Origin: Octopus sinensis | Taxonomy: Eukaryota | Direction of reading: 5' to 3' | Assembly (NCBI RefSeq): GCF_006345805.1 | Contig: NC_043019.1 | Coordinates: 7,315,360 to 7,379,359 of the forward strand | DNA length: 64,000 nucleotides | Translations under genes and position numbers: made by a program | The notes under the pieces: generated by a model | What the model saw: only the letters and a program-made list of their open reading frames with translations | Told to the model about the DNA's origin: nothing | Database searches by the model: none | Shown here: one piece after another, positions 1 to 13,677 of the stretch | How positions within the stretch are numbered: the first letter of the stretch is position 1 | How the letters are laid out: every line of letters begins with the position of its first letter

Positions 1-910
1 GTAAGGAGTCTGTGGTCAAAAAAGCCTGTATGTTATTTAAGGGATTGCGGTCATAAATCTATGGGCTTTTGTACGAAAGGCATGAATGCTTTCAGGCTTG
101 TTAGAATTTTAAAAAAAGATTTTCCATATATCCTTGTTCTTGAATCGGTATTCTTTCTCTTGAATCAATGAGCCATTTACCGTTTCGCACAGGTCTTAGC
201 TGAAGAATCGCGGAAATTGGCGCGCTTCGCATTAGCTCAAAAAGTCACGTGAATGCTCTATATTTTTGTATATTGCTGTGTGTATACTATATGTAAGCGC
301 GTGGATTAGCGTTTAGTGAATTGCACTCTTGATAGTAAGACTGTAGTTTCGATTCCTGGACTGGGTGATGACTTGCCTTCTCGAACAAAACATTTCATTT
401 CACGTTGCTCCAGAAAGGAGCTACGAGAACATCCCTTCCAGACGGTCGCCTCTTTGAGGCATGCATGTTACTTTATATTTTATTTATTATTTCATGTAAT
501 TTCAGCTCACGAGCCGTGGCCATGCTGGGGCACCACCATTTGTTGTTGCTACATGATTTTACTTCACGAATGCTTTTTAGCAATTCACATTTGGTGCATG
601 AGAGAGTTTGATGCAGCTGCCCTCATCTGCACATCTTGCCGTGAAATTGGTTCATGTGAGACACCTGGCAAGAAGAGGTCCAGCTTTATTTTGAAGACAC
701 CTATATGTATTTATATACATATAGAGGCTTATATATATATATGCATATATATACATATATATATATGTATATATATATGTATATATATATATATATATAT
801 GCATGTATATATATGTATGTATATATATGTATTATATATCTATATATATGTATATATATGTATATATATATGTATATATATATAATATATATATATATAA
901 TATATATATA

Positions 911-940
<30 letters not shown>

Positions 941-942
<2 letters not shown>

Positions 943-1080
943 CACTTTGATCACTTTGACCGACCAGTCCGTCAGGCGTCCATTTGACACCGCTGGTCAC
1001 AGCACGCTGTCCACTCCTCCTGGATCGCGCCTTTTCATCCACGTGATCCCAATCGTCCTCCTGAAATCGTCACTGCATGA
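941..1080 (-). mobile_element. 5'-truncated 3' end of an RTE-type LINE inserted in (TA)n
   Basis: Minus strand translates [33 protein letters not shown] (frameshifted), resembling the RTE C-terminal RWxDD...W...A..R..W pattern. It ends in a 9-bp tandem tail (TCAAAGTGA)2 and has (TA)n on both sides. Confidence 0.65.
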
Positions 1081-1156
<76 letters not shown>

Positions 1157-1178
1157 TGTATATATATGTATATATATG

Positions 1179-1209
<31 letters not shown>

Positions 1210-1596
1210 TATATATATATAATATATATGTAAATGTGTATGTGTGTATGTGTGTGTGATGCATGTCTGTTCGTCTGCCTCTGAGTTCTAGCTCGTTTAT
1301 TTTGTATGCATAGGGAAACACACAAAGAACAGTGAAAGAAAGAAAATGAGTAAAATGAAGAGATGAAACAAGAGAGAAGCTGATAGAAAAAAAAAGCAAC
1401 CGATATGACGTTATGCTGTTATGCTATATCCACGTAAATACACGCATGAACATATATAAACGACTAGATCGATGAATTGGAAGATCGATATATATATATA
1501 TTTATAAATGATAGGCATGGCGTATGCATTATATTTGGCATAAAGACAAATGCATAGATACATAGATACATAGATATATTATACACACACACACAC

Positions 1597-1655
<59 letters not shown>

Positions 1656-1887
1656 TTATATATGTACACATATATGTATTTATATATACCTATATCTATA
1701 TATATATACATATATTTATATATATGTACGCATATACGTATATATATATATGTACACACATATATGTATATATATGCATATATATATATATATATTTAGA
1801 TGTATAGGTAATTATGAGTACGTATATATATGCATGCGTACATAATGCTTATTAATGTTCCTGTGTATGTTTCAATGTGGGTGTGTT

Positions 1888-1920
<33 letters not shown>

Positions 1921-2149
1921 CTCTGTGTATGTGTGTAAACAAGTATTGTTTCCCATACATCAATGTCTATAAGCTAACGACCAGTTCTCAGCATTTCAAA
2001 AACGTACTTGTACTTATGTATACATCTATACATATATTCATATATATATATATATATATATATATGCATGCAGTTATATACCTGTATATATATATATATA
2101 TATATATACATACATTTGTATATATAATATATAAAAGCACTCACACACC

Positions 2150-2188
<39 letters not shown>

Positions 2189-2634
2189 ATATATATACAT
2201 ATATGTGTGTATATACAGGCATGTAATGACAGAGAAAAGTTATATTGATGAAGTGATGCCTATATATTCTTGCATATAAAATAAAGAATGATGGCGCGGC
2301 GCTAGACATATACTTACAGAGAAATCGAAGAATGATAGAGTTAGACAATGGGATTTTTAAACTATTACATATTTGGTGGAAAGTTTTAAAAAGCCTAGGA
2401 GCGAAAATTGAAAAAGATAAAACACAATTTCATTTCTTTTGTCTGATCACGTGTTCTCATGTAATTTATCTATTCAATATTCCACAGCGGCTTTATTAAC
2501 GGTACAAGTTACGCCATCTGTAATAAAGTTATGCGTGTGTGTGTGTATGTGTGTGTGTGTGAGCGTTTGTGCTTGCATGTATATATAGTTATTGTATATA
2601 AGGGGCTATCTGAGTGTCTTCGTATGCGTGAGTA

Positions 2635-2665
<31 letters not shown>

Positions 2666-3073
2666 GTGTGCGTGAGTGCTTGTGTGTGATTTCTAGTTGT
2701 CGATGAGACTGTCTTTGAAGAAGCATCTGTACGCATGCACTTTTGTATCGATATATGTGTAGATGCATGTCTATGTACGTGCGTGTGTATGTGTGTGTGT
2801 GCGTGTGTGTTTGTGTGTGTGTGTGTGAGTGTAGGATTTCTACATGTCAATGATAATGTCTTTGAAGAAAGATTTGTGCGCATGTACTTTCTATCAATGT
2901 ACATGTAGATGTGTGTGTGTAGTGCTCGTGTGTGTGCATCCGTACCTATGAAGTATGTTTGCATATACCAGTAATTATATATTATATATTCACAAGAATG
3001 TATCTGCAGACAAAACTACAACACTCACACATATGTGTGCACATATATATTATATATATATATATATATATAA

Positions 3074-3108
<35 letters not shown>

Positions 3109-3546
3109 GATATATATATACATATATGTATACATATAGATATATACATATAGATATAAGTGGCTCTATGTCTGGTTTTTATGTAAGTGTACCTATATAT
3201 ATATATATATATATATCTATATATAATATATATATATTATATTGTAACTACACTCACACATACACACGCACACACGTATTTTTAATGTATTTATCAGGAC
3301 ATTGATACATCCATATGAACGAATTTCGAAACGCTAAGTTGAGTGAGAATATCTATCACCAAACATGGCGAAATCGCATTTGATTGGTCCCCGAGTGTAT
3401 TTGATGTCGACATTGATGCAACTGTACATTTGTATCTATGTGATTTTCTTCTTCTTTATGTCACAAGATTGCAATAATTAATGCTCGTCTTCCTCACTGA
3501 AATCTTTCATATCTATAGCTTCTACATATGTAGTCACATCAAGATA

Positions 3547-3586
<40 letters not shown>

Positions 3587-3776
3587 TGTGTGTAGGTGTG
3601 TAGATATACATACGTACACACATACACGTGGAAGCCATGTGTGTGCATGCATATATGTGTGTGTGTGTGTGTAGATATACATACGTACACACATAAACGT
3701 GGAAGCCATGTGTGTGTATTTATACATATATCTATCTATCTACACACACACACACAGACAACACACACACACACAG

Positions 3777-3814
<38 letters not shown>

Positions 3815-4109
3815 ATATATACGTAATTATAGACACACAAATATGTATATATATTGGTTGGTCTGCTGCACTTATATTCTTAAGATTTAGGTATCGATTC
3901 CTGGATCTGGCGATGCATTGTGTTCTTTGGCACCATTCTTTATTCCGCGATGCTCCCGTCCCCTTGGCAGGCAAACGATGACCAGTCTTGCGACAGACTG
4001 GTGTTTATGGAGGGTGTTGAATAGCAGAGGTACAGATACTAGGATACGTTTTATGAGGCCGTGACACGAGCAGAAAATTTGATCAATTACACCCCCACAA
4101 ACACAACCA

Positions 4110-4424
4110 CCAGGACTTATTTTCTAAAGCCTAGTATTCATTCCATCGTTTGTTTTTGCTGAACCGCTGCGTTACAAGGAACTAACAATACCAACACCGC
4201 TATTCAGGCGGTGGTTGGTGACAAATACTGACGCAAACACCCCCAACACACACGCACGCACACAAACGCACACACACACACATGTATACGTGTCTTTATC
4301 CATACGACAGGCTTCCTTCAGTATCCGTCTATCAAATCCTTTCACAATTCTTTGGTTGGCCCGAGGTTATATTAGAAAACACTCACCCAAGGTGCCACGC
4401 AGTGGGACTGAACCAGGAACCGTG
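4110..4424 (-). mobile_element. tRNA-derived SINE family A, degenerate copy
   Basis: Reverse complement aligns by eye to the full copy at 29979-30395 (ggttcagtcccactgcgtggcaccttggg...; internal (CA)n; cggttc.gcaaaa; ctaggctt). Confidence 0.85.
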
Positions 4425-5594
4425 TATTTATATAAATACACATATATTTATAACGTATTTCTTTGCATATATCTTCCAAGGAAGTCGGAATGATTGAACT
4501 GGGCCGCTTCTCAAAGACTTGCCTTTGAGTGTCCCCCTGTCCAATAATAAAGTTCGACTTGTATGGTTTCTCGTGTGTCTTTTACTTTTTCCTTCTGTTT
4601 ACTAGCATTAAGCGAGGAGGGAGAAGGGCTCCACTAACTATTAAATGTCGGTGACACACTGCATAGCACGAACGGTTCATAGATGTGTGTATGTATGTAT
4701 GTATGTATATGTGGAAGAGAGTGTAATTCGGCAGGAGGACTTAAATGACATGCAAAGGTACATGGAGCCCAGTTACAACTACAGCCGGCCATTACCAGTA
4801 AAGGTTTTAGTTGCTAATTTTGTACAAGCTATTGTAGATCTTTAGCTGGGAAAAAAAGTCACATTCGATCACAGCACCAGTAACAGTTAAGCTTCGTACA
4901 ATGGCCATACTCGATAACGAGAGGGCAGCCATAATGTATATATATATATATATATATGTGTGTTGTGTGTGTGTGTGTGTGTGTGTATGTATATATATGT
5001 ATGTGTGTGTGTACCTATACTCACACAAACACACGTAAGCAGACACACATTTCACAAACATAAATCTTTCGCGCAGATGTCTATATTTTCACTTCAATCT
5101 TTAAAATATTGAAGATGATATTAATAGATGTCAGAATATTTCAGAAGACATTTCTTAATTCTAATTTTCTTTCACTTTTGTTCTTCTCAATGAAAAATTG
5201 AGTTGTTTCCAATGTGTTTACAATAACATTTTTTTCTTTTTTCCTTCTAATCTTTGTTTATGGACATAAAATGGTGATGCCTTATCAGATGAATAATTAC
5301 AGAGAACTAATTATTTAGTGACAGATGGAATCATTTGCTCACTGAAATAATTTAGAACATATGGTTTATTGTAACATCGAAAAAATTCGATCTATCAAAT
5401 AACTGGGAGTGTTTCTCTCTATGAAATGCAAGATACAAAAGGTTACATACTAGACAAATCTCAAATAAATCTTGGATATGGAGAAACCTTGATTAGAAGA
5501 TGAAATATTGCTCTGTAGAACAATAAAAAAGTATTATTATTTATATTTAGCTCTTTTCTTAAAATTATTGACACAGCTCAAATATACAAATAAG

Positions 5595-5639
<45 letters not shown>

Positions 5640-5816
5640 ATGTGTGTGTGTTATATATATAGATGTGATATATATATATATATATAATATATATATAATA
5701 TTATTATATATAATAATAATAAGATAATAATAAATAATAATAATAATAAAATAATAATAATAATCATAATAATGATAATAATAATAATAATCCTAGTATA
5801 GAATAGTTGCCGTTGA

Positions 5817-6114
5817 TTGTTCCTTCTCGTATTATGCCTGGCTCGTAAGGGTAGGGCCGATTTCCCAGTTTCATTGGCGTATAGGTTACCCACCTGGACG
5901 GGACGCCAGTCCATCGCTGGTGAGATGCTAGATACAGGAGGAAAGAGTGAGAGAAAGTTGTGGCAAAAGAGTCAGTAGAAGTTCGCCATTACCGTCTGCT
6001 GAAGCCGCCTGGAAATTAGGTCTTTCGCTCATAAACAATCTTCGACCGGTCTGAGATTCGAACCCGTGATACCTCGACCGTGAGTCCACTGCTCCTACCA
6101 CGAGGCCACGTGCC
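5817..6114 (-). mobile_element. tRNA-derived SINE family C (tail type 2)
   Basis: tRNA-like head with B box (ggttcgaatctc) and the central tctttt/cgccaca.ctttctctc block shared with 18963-19253 and 16461-16736. Confidence 0.85.
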
Positions 6115-6269
6115 ACCAGTATACAACTTATAAACATTTTATGCATCGTTACGTGCATTTCCACAAATCACATGACTTTCTAAGATCAGAGTGCGTATTC
6201 CTGGGATGATTACCATGTAGTGTGTAGTATCCCTGGTCATTCCATTGATCATCATCATTGATTCATTCC

Positions 6270-6440
6270 CAGTTCTATATTCAAGAGATGAAGAATTATG
6301 TACATTATTTACATTTGACGGATATTTCCTCATCGTGTTAACACGACGTTTCGGCTGATATACCCTCCAGCCTTCATCAGGTGTCTTCGGGAAATTTCGA
6401 ACCTGGGTTCTCATTCCTAAAGTAATTTTCGATGATGTTG

Positions 6441-6505
<65 letters not shown>

Positions 6506-6581
6506 GAGGTCACTACCTGGAATTGTACTCGGAATCTTGGGGTTAGTAGCCCGCTAACCATCACGCCATATGCCCGTGGGC
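6270..6581 (-). mobile_element. tRNA-headed non-autonomous element with internal (AAT)n and a hammerhead-bearing 3' module
   Basis: Minus strand: tRNA-like head at 6581-6506 (tggcgtgatgg A-box-like; gagtacaattcc degenerate B box), then (AAT)n/(AAC)n, then a ~165-bp module containing the hammerhead core. Confidence 0.65.
6340..6385 (-). ncRNA. Minimal type I hammerhead ribozyme (Penelope-type)
   Basis: Minus strand reads GACAC-CUGAUGA-A-GGCUG(gagggtatat)CAGCC-GAAAC-GUC-GUGUU. Stem I is GACAC/GUGUU, stem II is GGCUG/CAGCC, stem III is the palindrome ACGU, and the cleavage triplet is GUC (cut between 6345 and 6344). Confidence 0.8.
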
Positions 6582-6675
<94 letters not shown>

Positions 6676-6933
6676 TAATAATAACAACAACAACAACAAC
6701 AACAACATCGAAGGTAAACTCCTTACAACGAATATGTTCCATTTGTTTCCTTCGATTGCTTACGAACTATTTGGTTTCATTTAATGTTAAGTCTTGCAAC
6801 ATTTAGAATTAATTTGTTATAACTCTCATATTTGTTTCCATTTCGCCTAATGAACATTTGGTTTGAAATATATTTTCTAAAAATTTTGTTTAAAGCTGAT
6901 TTTTGCTTAATGAATGACTGTTAAGAAACTTAG

Positions 6934-7033
6934 NNNNNNNNNNNNNNNNNNNNNNNNNNNNNNNNNNNNNNNNNNNNNNNNNNNNNNNNNNNNNNNNNNN
7001 NNNNNNNNNNNNNNNNNNNNNNNNNNNNNNNNN
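6934..7033. other. Assembly gap (100 N)
   Basis: Run of exactly 100 n; true length unknown. Confidence 1.
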
Positions 7034-8007
7034 CCACTTATCTATCTATCTGTCTATCTCTCTGTATATATCTCCATCTCTGTATCTATATCTATATCGT
7101 ATCGTGTGCATCTATCTATCTATGTTTGTATCTATATCTATATCCACACATACATATATATGTGTGTGTGCGTACTTTTATGCATGTATATGTTTGCATA
7201 TATGCATACCTTTTAATGTTCCTGTACGTTATAATCGCATAGAATAATCGATGCATGCTGCAGCGCCATTGTAATCATGTAATACAATACACATGCGAGG
7301 CTATCCAAGCAAAAAATGTATCTGTAAATGCTATCGCTAATATTAGACCCGATATCAAATTTTCCCCGGATCCATGAATTTCTGACAGCGCCTTATCTTC
7401 CTCATTGAATGTAAAGGAACACTAAGGCGCATGAGCAGTTCTACAGTTCTATGTTGATGGACGGTTGTCGGATTGAGCTTCTATTATTTTTGGTAATTAA
7501 TCTTGTTTGGTGATGTGATCATCTGCCAGGCAGTTCATCTTTTACCAGCTATATGTACCAAACACAAGAAAACTACTGCTATTGCTAAGCAGGTCTTTCA
7601 AAGTGTTTTTACAAGGAATTTTAGTGATGAGGACATTGGCATTGTAGCTTAAAAGCTGTTTATTGGTTTACAAATGATATTTAAGAAATAAATCTCTACT
7701 GATAATCATCCTCTCATTGGAATGGTCTGCTAATACACAGTTGAGTTGTTTCGATCAATTATGACGATTTGTTTTACGTTCCGGATATATTGAGACAAAG
7801 AAGATTTGTTTTAATTGCCAATGGGCCATACGCTACGCTTTTATTAAGCTTAGTTTCCATATTTTCTTCGCAGATCAATAAACTTCAACCATAAAATCCG
7901 TAACGTAAACATTCTCTCACCAACAATGCTTCATTGCTCGCGCAATAAACACGTGAATCTACTAGTTACGATTATGGACTATATGCACAATGATTACTTG
8001 TATATAT

Positions 8008-8079
<72 letters not shown>

Positions 8080-8239
8080 CATATGTGTGTGTATTTGAGT
8101 ATATACATTTATATATACACATACATATACATATATAAATATATGCATATATATATATTTATATATATATATATACCATATGTGTGTGTGTGTATTTGAT
8201 GTATATACATTTATATATACACATACATATATAAATATA

Positions 8240-8270
<31 letters not shown>

Positions 8271-8291
8271 CTACATATATATATTAAAATA

Positions 8292-8329
<38 letters not shown>

Positions 8330-9754
8330 GTGTGTGTGTGATATATATATATATATGATATATAGAGACAAACGGACGGACAGACAGGCAATCAGAAAAA
8401 TAGATAGATAGATATACATGCTTATGTCTGGGGTGGCTTTGTTCGGTTTAATTTCTTCTTCGTCGGTGTGTTCCATCACAGCTGAAGTCTTTGGACTGAA
8501 ACACGTAAAAGAATAAAATAATATTGTGTCTTTTTACTCTAGTTCTGTGAACAGGCTTTTTTTTTATCTCAAGTATTTCGACCCTTTGCGCCCGCTAAGA
8601 TTATATATATATTTACTATGATCTATAAATGGCAATAATACACCATTTTCAATAATTGTTGCCTAGAACAGCCATTCCTACGTATTCTATACAATTTTCG
8701 TTGACTCTCTTCCATCAAACTGTGCCTCGAGAGAGAAGTAATACTTTTCTCGTGAGGAGGTTAGTAATTTCTCGTAAGCTGGTATAATCACCTACTGAAT
8801 GACTTTCCCGTTAAGCTGGTATAAGAGACAGTATTGCTTTTTGCAGTTTTATTGTCCAAATACGGTGAGCAGTTACTCATGCTATGCTTAATTACCGAGT
8901 AGGTTAAAACCGAGGAGGCTATTCGATAATATGATTCGCGAAAAATAGCTACGTATAAACCCCGTCTAATCGTGCGGTGGAATAATCTTCCGGTAAATGA
9001 AATATTTATAAAAGGTTTCCTTTAGAATGAAATAGGATTAAGCAACAAACTATACAATACAAATAACCTGAAATTCATTTACACTAGAGATGTTTCACAC
9101 AAATTTACTATAAACATTTCTGTAAAATAGACTTTATTATTAGAACCATTCCAAGCAAAAATATTATTACAACTGCACTACCAATTTAAGAAACTTAATA
9201 ACAAGTCCAGACCTAAATTCGCGCTGGGTAACGGTTCATGAATAAATATAAATACATGCGCGTTATACATGGAGACCATGTTGAAGCGCTTATCTATGAA
9301 GCATAACGTCTATGAAAGCAAACCTCATTCTTTACACACTGTGTGAACAATAGGAAGCTACAACTGATAGAAGTTGCAAACACTGACATTCGGTGGTATT
9401 AAAAACGGCATTCCAAGGAATTTAATCGAATAGTGTACGCCACACGGTATTGGTAAAAGAATCTACGGATTATATCGTTGCTATTATGCAAAAGTGTCGT
9501 AAGTCCAAAACGTTGCTTATTCAGAACCAAAAAAATAGTTTCACCATTCCATAGTAAAATTGTTGTACAACACTTGACAATTTTTGATATCTTGGCACCT
9601 GAAGCAGCTGGGAATACGATAGTTTGACCAAAAGAACCGGCTTTTTTAAGCAAAAGTAAACATTGGAAACAAAAACGAATTTGGCCAAATTTGGACATAC
9701 GACAGTTTAACAAAATAGCAACTTATGTAGGCAGCAGGTGGCTATAATATTAAA

Positions 9755-9990
9755 TGGTGTGCTGTGTCTCTGAACAAGACGTTCTACTCCGTGTTGCACT
9801 TGTTCGCTCAGCTGGCAAACTGTACCTGTGAATCGATGGGCCAGCCTTATCAACTTGTGTTTTATCCTGCATTATGGGTACACACTTTTTTGGAGTACTC
9901 AGCCACTTGCATGTTAATTTCCCGAACGGACTGTTCCGTAGATCGGATCAACTAGAACCCTCGTCGCCGTAACCGACGGAGATCCAACCT
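9755..9990 (+). mobile_element. Degenerate SINE (family E)
   Basis: CORE-like tgtgtctctgaacaagac followed by the tail ggagtactcagccacttgcatgttaattt...ggatcaactagaaccctcgtcgccgtaaccgacggag, recognised from memory as a recurrent octopus-type SINE tail. Single copy in this window. Confidence 0.55.
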
Positions 9991-10526
9991 TGTTTATTAT
10001 AATCAATACCAAATTAATCCGCTGTATTCACCATTATCATTATAATCATCATCATCACCACCACTACCACAATCATAATCCTCATTATCACCACAATCAC
10101 TACCATCATTACTACCAACATCATCAAGAGCATCAGCATCACAATCATCATCATCCTCAACATCGTCTTTTCCAATAGAAAATTGAAAACACGAAACCGA
10201 CCAAGTTTTACAACACTGGTTAATAAATAGTCTTAAAAGTCTAAAAATTGAATAAGCTACAATATATTTGAATAGGGTCTAGCAGACACAACGACGCGAG
10301 TCGACAAATTCTATTCCAATCAACTAAATTTCAACATCGTAATGGAAAAGAAATCGTCAATAACGTTAAAGATAAATCTTGTCACTAAAAGCACGGGAAA
10401 TACAATTCCGAAATCCAAATTGATTAAAACTTCGAAAACATTGTGTAAGACTTCAGTTCTTCATCGTTTCGAAATTCGTTTCCTTCCTTCTGTTTTCTCT
10501 CTTTTACTTGTATCAGTCGTTGGACT

Positions 10527-10566
<40 letters not shown>

Positions 10567-10689
10567 AAATTAGAATTAAAATTAGGGTGAAACATTGGAT
10601 ATTAATTTGATAACATAAATTTAACACCAGTGGTCTAGCATATTAAAAAGCAGAGGTTCAGTAAATAGCATTACATACATATAGGAGTC

Positions 10690-10917
10690 ATTACCACTAT
10701 GTGGACACCTTAATGTTAGAAGTAGAGCCGCTATGGTCTTGCCACTAAGAATTGTTTTCTAGAAAATTTAGGAAACACCAGAAACGTGTTTGCTAAAATT
10801 TTCTCGAGAACAATTCTTAGTGGTAAGACCATAGCGCATCTATTTATAGTATTAGGGTGTCCGCATAGTGGTAATCCCTCTTTTTTAGTATTAGGGTGTC
10901 CACATAGTGCTAAACCC
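10690..10917. mobile_element. Foldback/MITE-like long inverted repeat with a duplicated right terminus
   Basis: Arms 10690-10771 and 10793-10875 are largely complementary, with extra pairing aaacac/gtgttt in the spacer. The terminal segment 10847-10878 is repeated at 10886-10917. Confidence 0.85.
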
Positions 10918-12006
10918 TTTTTTTTTTTTACCAAAAGCAATCACATAGCGTTGGTTCATCTTGTTCATACGCCACGCGTTTGGAGAAATCCAGAAACCAC
11001 ACATCCCGATTTATTTTTTCTTGCATATTCTTTCTATTTCCACCATCATGTCTTTCAGTTTTCTTAACATTTTACACTTGTTCTATCATTTTTACTCTGT
11101 TCCGAAGGCGGTGAGTTGGTGGAATCGTGACCACAATGGACAAACTATTTAGCGGGATTTCGTCCGCTTTTTGCGCTCTGAGTTCAATTTTCGCAGAGGT
11201 AAAATATATGCTTTCCAGCATCTTTATTTTTCCGAACTTATTCTTTCTAATTTCATTCATCGTTACTTGCCTTCTTTCAGTGTCTCAAACGTTTGTCTTC
11301 CTTCCTTCATTATTACATTCTTCTGCTCTGCTTTCACAACTTTTTACTTTCGCTCGTTCTTCATCTCAAATTCATAATCTCTTTCACCATTGTCCGTTCT
11401 GCTCCCTTCATTTCATTCTCTGTCCCTTATTTTTCAATCTTGGATTCTATTGTCCTTCTTTCTTTCCTGCGACTCTTTCAATGTTTTGCCCATTTCTTCC
11501 ATTTCTTTTTTGGTTACTTCATTATAATTATTCCTTTCAATCTCTTTCATTCTATCCATTTATCCAGCCTTCTCTCTCTCTCTCTCTCTGGTTTTCTTAC
11601 TTTACTTTATTCTCTCTTTTTCTTTCTCCTTAAACATATATACTTGAATGTTTGTATGTGGGCCTGTCTGCATATACATGCAATACACACACACGTGTGT
11701 ATATAAACATATATATATAATATTTATATATATATATATATATTATATATATACAGATACAATATAAAGATATACATATTATGCATATATATAGGGATAC
11801 ATATATACATATAGATGTATATACGATATGGAAATATATGTTTTCAAGTAGGTCCTCCAAAGTAATTATCTACCGAAAATAAGTAATCAATACTGGTTAA
11901 AATTCTGTTATTCAGTGACAGAACTTACCATTATTTCAACTAAGTCCTTTCTCATACTTTCATTGGCATCAATTAAATCTCATTTAGTCTTGTTCTCTCA
12001 GATTAG

Positions 12007-12045
<39 letters not shown>

Positions 12046-12564
12046 ATATATATATATATATATAAGTATGAATGTATGTATTGTTATGTATGTACGTATG
12101 CATTTAAGTATATATTTATGCATGCATGTATATATGTATGAATGTACATCTGAATGTTTCTATATATGTATGTATATGAGTATATATATATATATATATA
12201 TATTTGTTTACAGATATGTATATACGTCTGTTGATATCAGTGTATGGGTATATGTATTAAGATTGTAGAGAGAATGACAGATATACAGGGAAAGTGATAG
12301 AGAGGGAGAGGGAGGGATAGAGAGGGAGAGAGAGAGGTGTTATTGTCCGTGTATTACATATAAAAGTAGATTCATACATACTCATCTAGATAGGTAGGTA
12401 TATAAATGTACTAATATGTATGTATATATATATATATATATGCTTGCACACACATACACATACATACGCGCACATATACATAAATAATATATATGCATAT
12501 ATACATATATATATGTAGGCATATGTTTATATATACACATGTATGGATATATATATATATATAA

Positions 12565-12637
<73 letters not shown>

Positions 12638-13124
12638 CTTATATATCTCTATATGTATGTATATATATTATTTAATTATATGTACGTGTATGTGTGTGTT
12701 TTGTATATGTGTGTAAGTAGATATTCAGGGCTCAATATAAATGTATAAAAACAACGTATGAATGGCTGATTCACACACACACAACACACACACTCACATA
12801 CACACACACATACACACTCACACACACACTCACACACACATACACACACATACACACACACACTCACACACGCATACACACACACACTCACACACACATA
12901 CACACACACACAAACATGTACATGTCTGTATGTGTATGTATCGTAGTGTGTGTATGAATGATTTGGCTTCAGATTTTCTGAAACTTTGTTCGACACAGAA
13001 TCCAATCAACTCACTAACAATGCGACAAAACTTATTTATTTGAATCAAGACAGTTTCAGATATATATGTGCGTGTGTATGTGTGAATATATATGTATATG
13101 TGTGTTTATATTTCATTTAATTTC

Positions 13125-13340
13125 CTTTGCGGGAGCAACTGTTATGTCGAAAATGTATCCTGTTGTGAAATGCTCGAGATACGAAGTAGGAAAACAGCCG
13201 ACAACTGATGAAGGGTCGGTCTTTATGTTGCTTGTCTTGTTTTCCCTTTGTTTCTTTCGTTGTCCACATAATAGGTCGTATTCCATGTTTTCCTTTTTCG
13301 TATTTCATGTTGTTTACTTTCATTGGTGTCCTGTGATTAT
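13125..13340 (+). repeat. Dispersed repeat (probable Penelope-like terminal repeat); inverted relative at ~14670-14870
   Basis: Shared blocks aacag(c/t)cgacaa(c)tg(a)tgaagg and tgtcctgt between 13125-13340 (+) and the reverse complement of 14670-14870. Confidence 0.55.
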
Positions 13341-13424
13341 ATATGCATATATATATATATACAAACATATATGTACATATATATTTATATCTTATTATTG
13401 TTACTACACACCACACACACACAC

Positions 13425-13630
13425 ACATGTTGATTCGCTAGCTTCTGCACGCATTTTTTTCTCTCCTTGTTTCTCTCCGTGTTTCTTTTCTGTGTATCTT
13501 TCTGTTGAAGAGCGTAGGCTCGAAACGTAAAAGACTTGTTTTATTTATATTCCTGAGCACCATACTAATACAATTGTTTGTTTGTATTCCACCTGCCTTC
13601 GTCTATTGTTTATTTTCATAAAGCTTCCCG

Positions 13631-13635
<5 letters not shown>
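13425..13635 (+). mobile_element. Penelope-type terminal-repeat family carrying a variant hammerhead (motif 13497-13534)
   Basis: UCUUU-CUGUUGA-A-GAGC(gtag)GCUC-GAAAC-GUA-AAAGA. Homologous copies at 25820-25985 (-), 26815-26972 (+), 39233-39428 (-) and ~52140-52230 (+). Confidence 0.7.

Positions 13636-13677
<42 letters not shown>

Noticed and set aside
9240-9710. Possible LINE RT remnant (LDNF*YLGT)
   Set aside because: One short motif only; no colinear supporting motifs could be established by eye.
9990-10178. His-rich peptide ORFs (also 51194-51549)
   Set aside because: Degenerate (CAT/CAC)n microsatellites.
13170-13225. Hammerhead around ctgatgaaggg
   Set aside because: No correctly placed GAAA/NUH or convincing stems in this copy.
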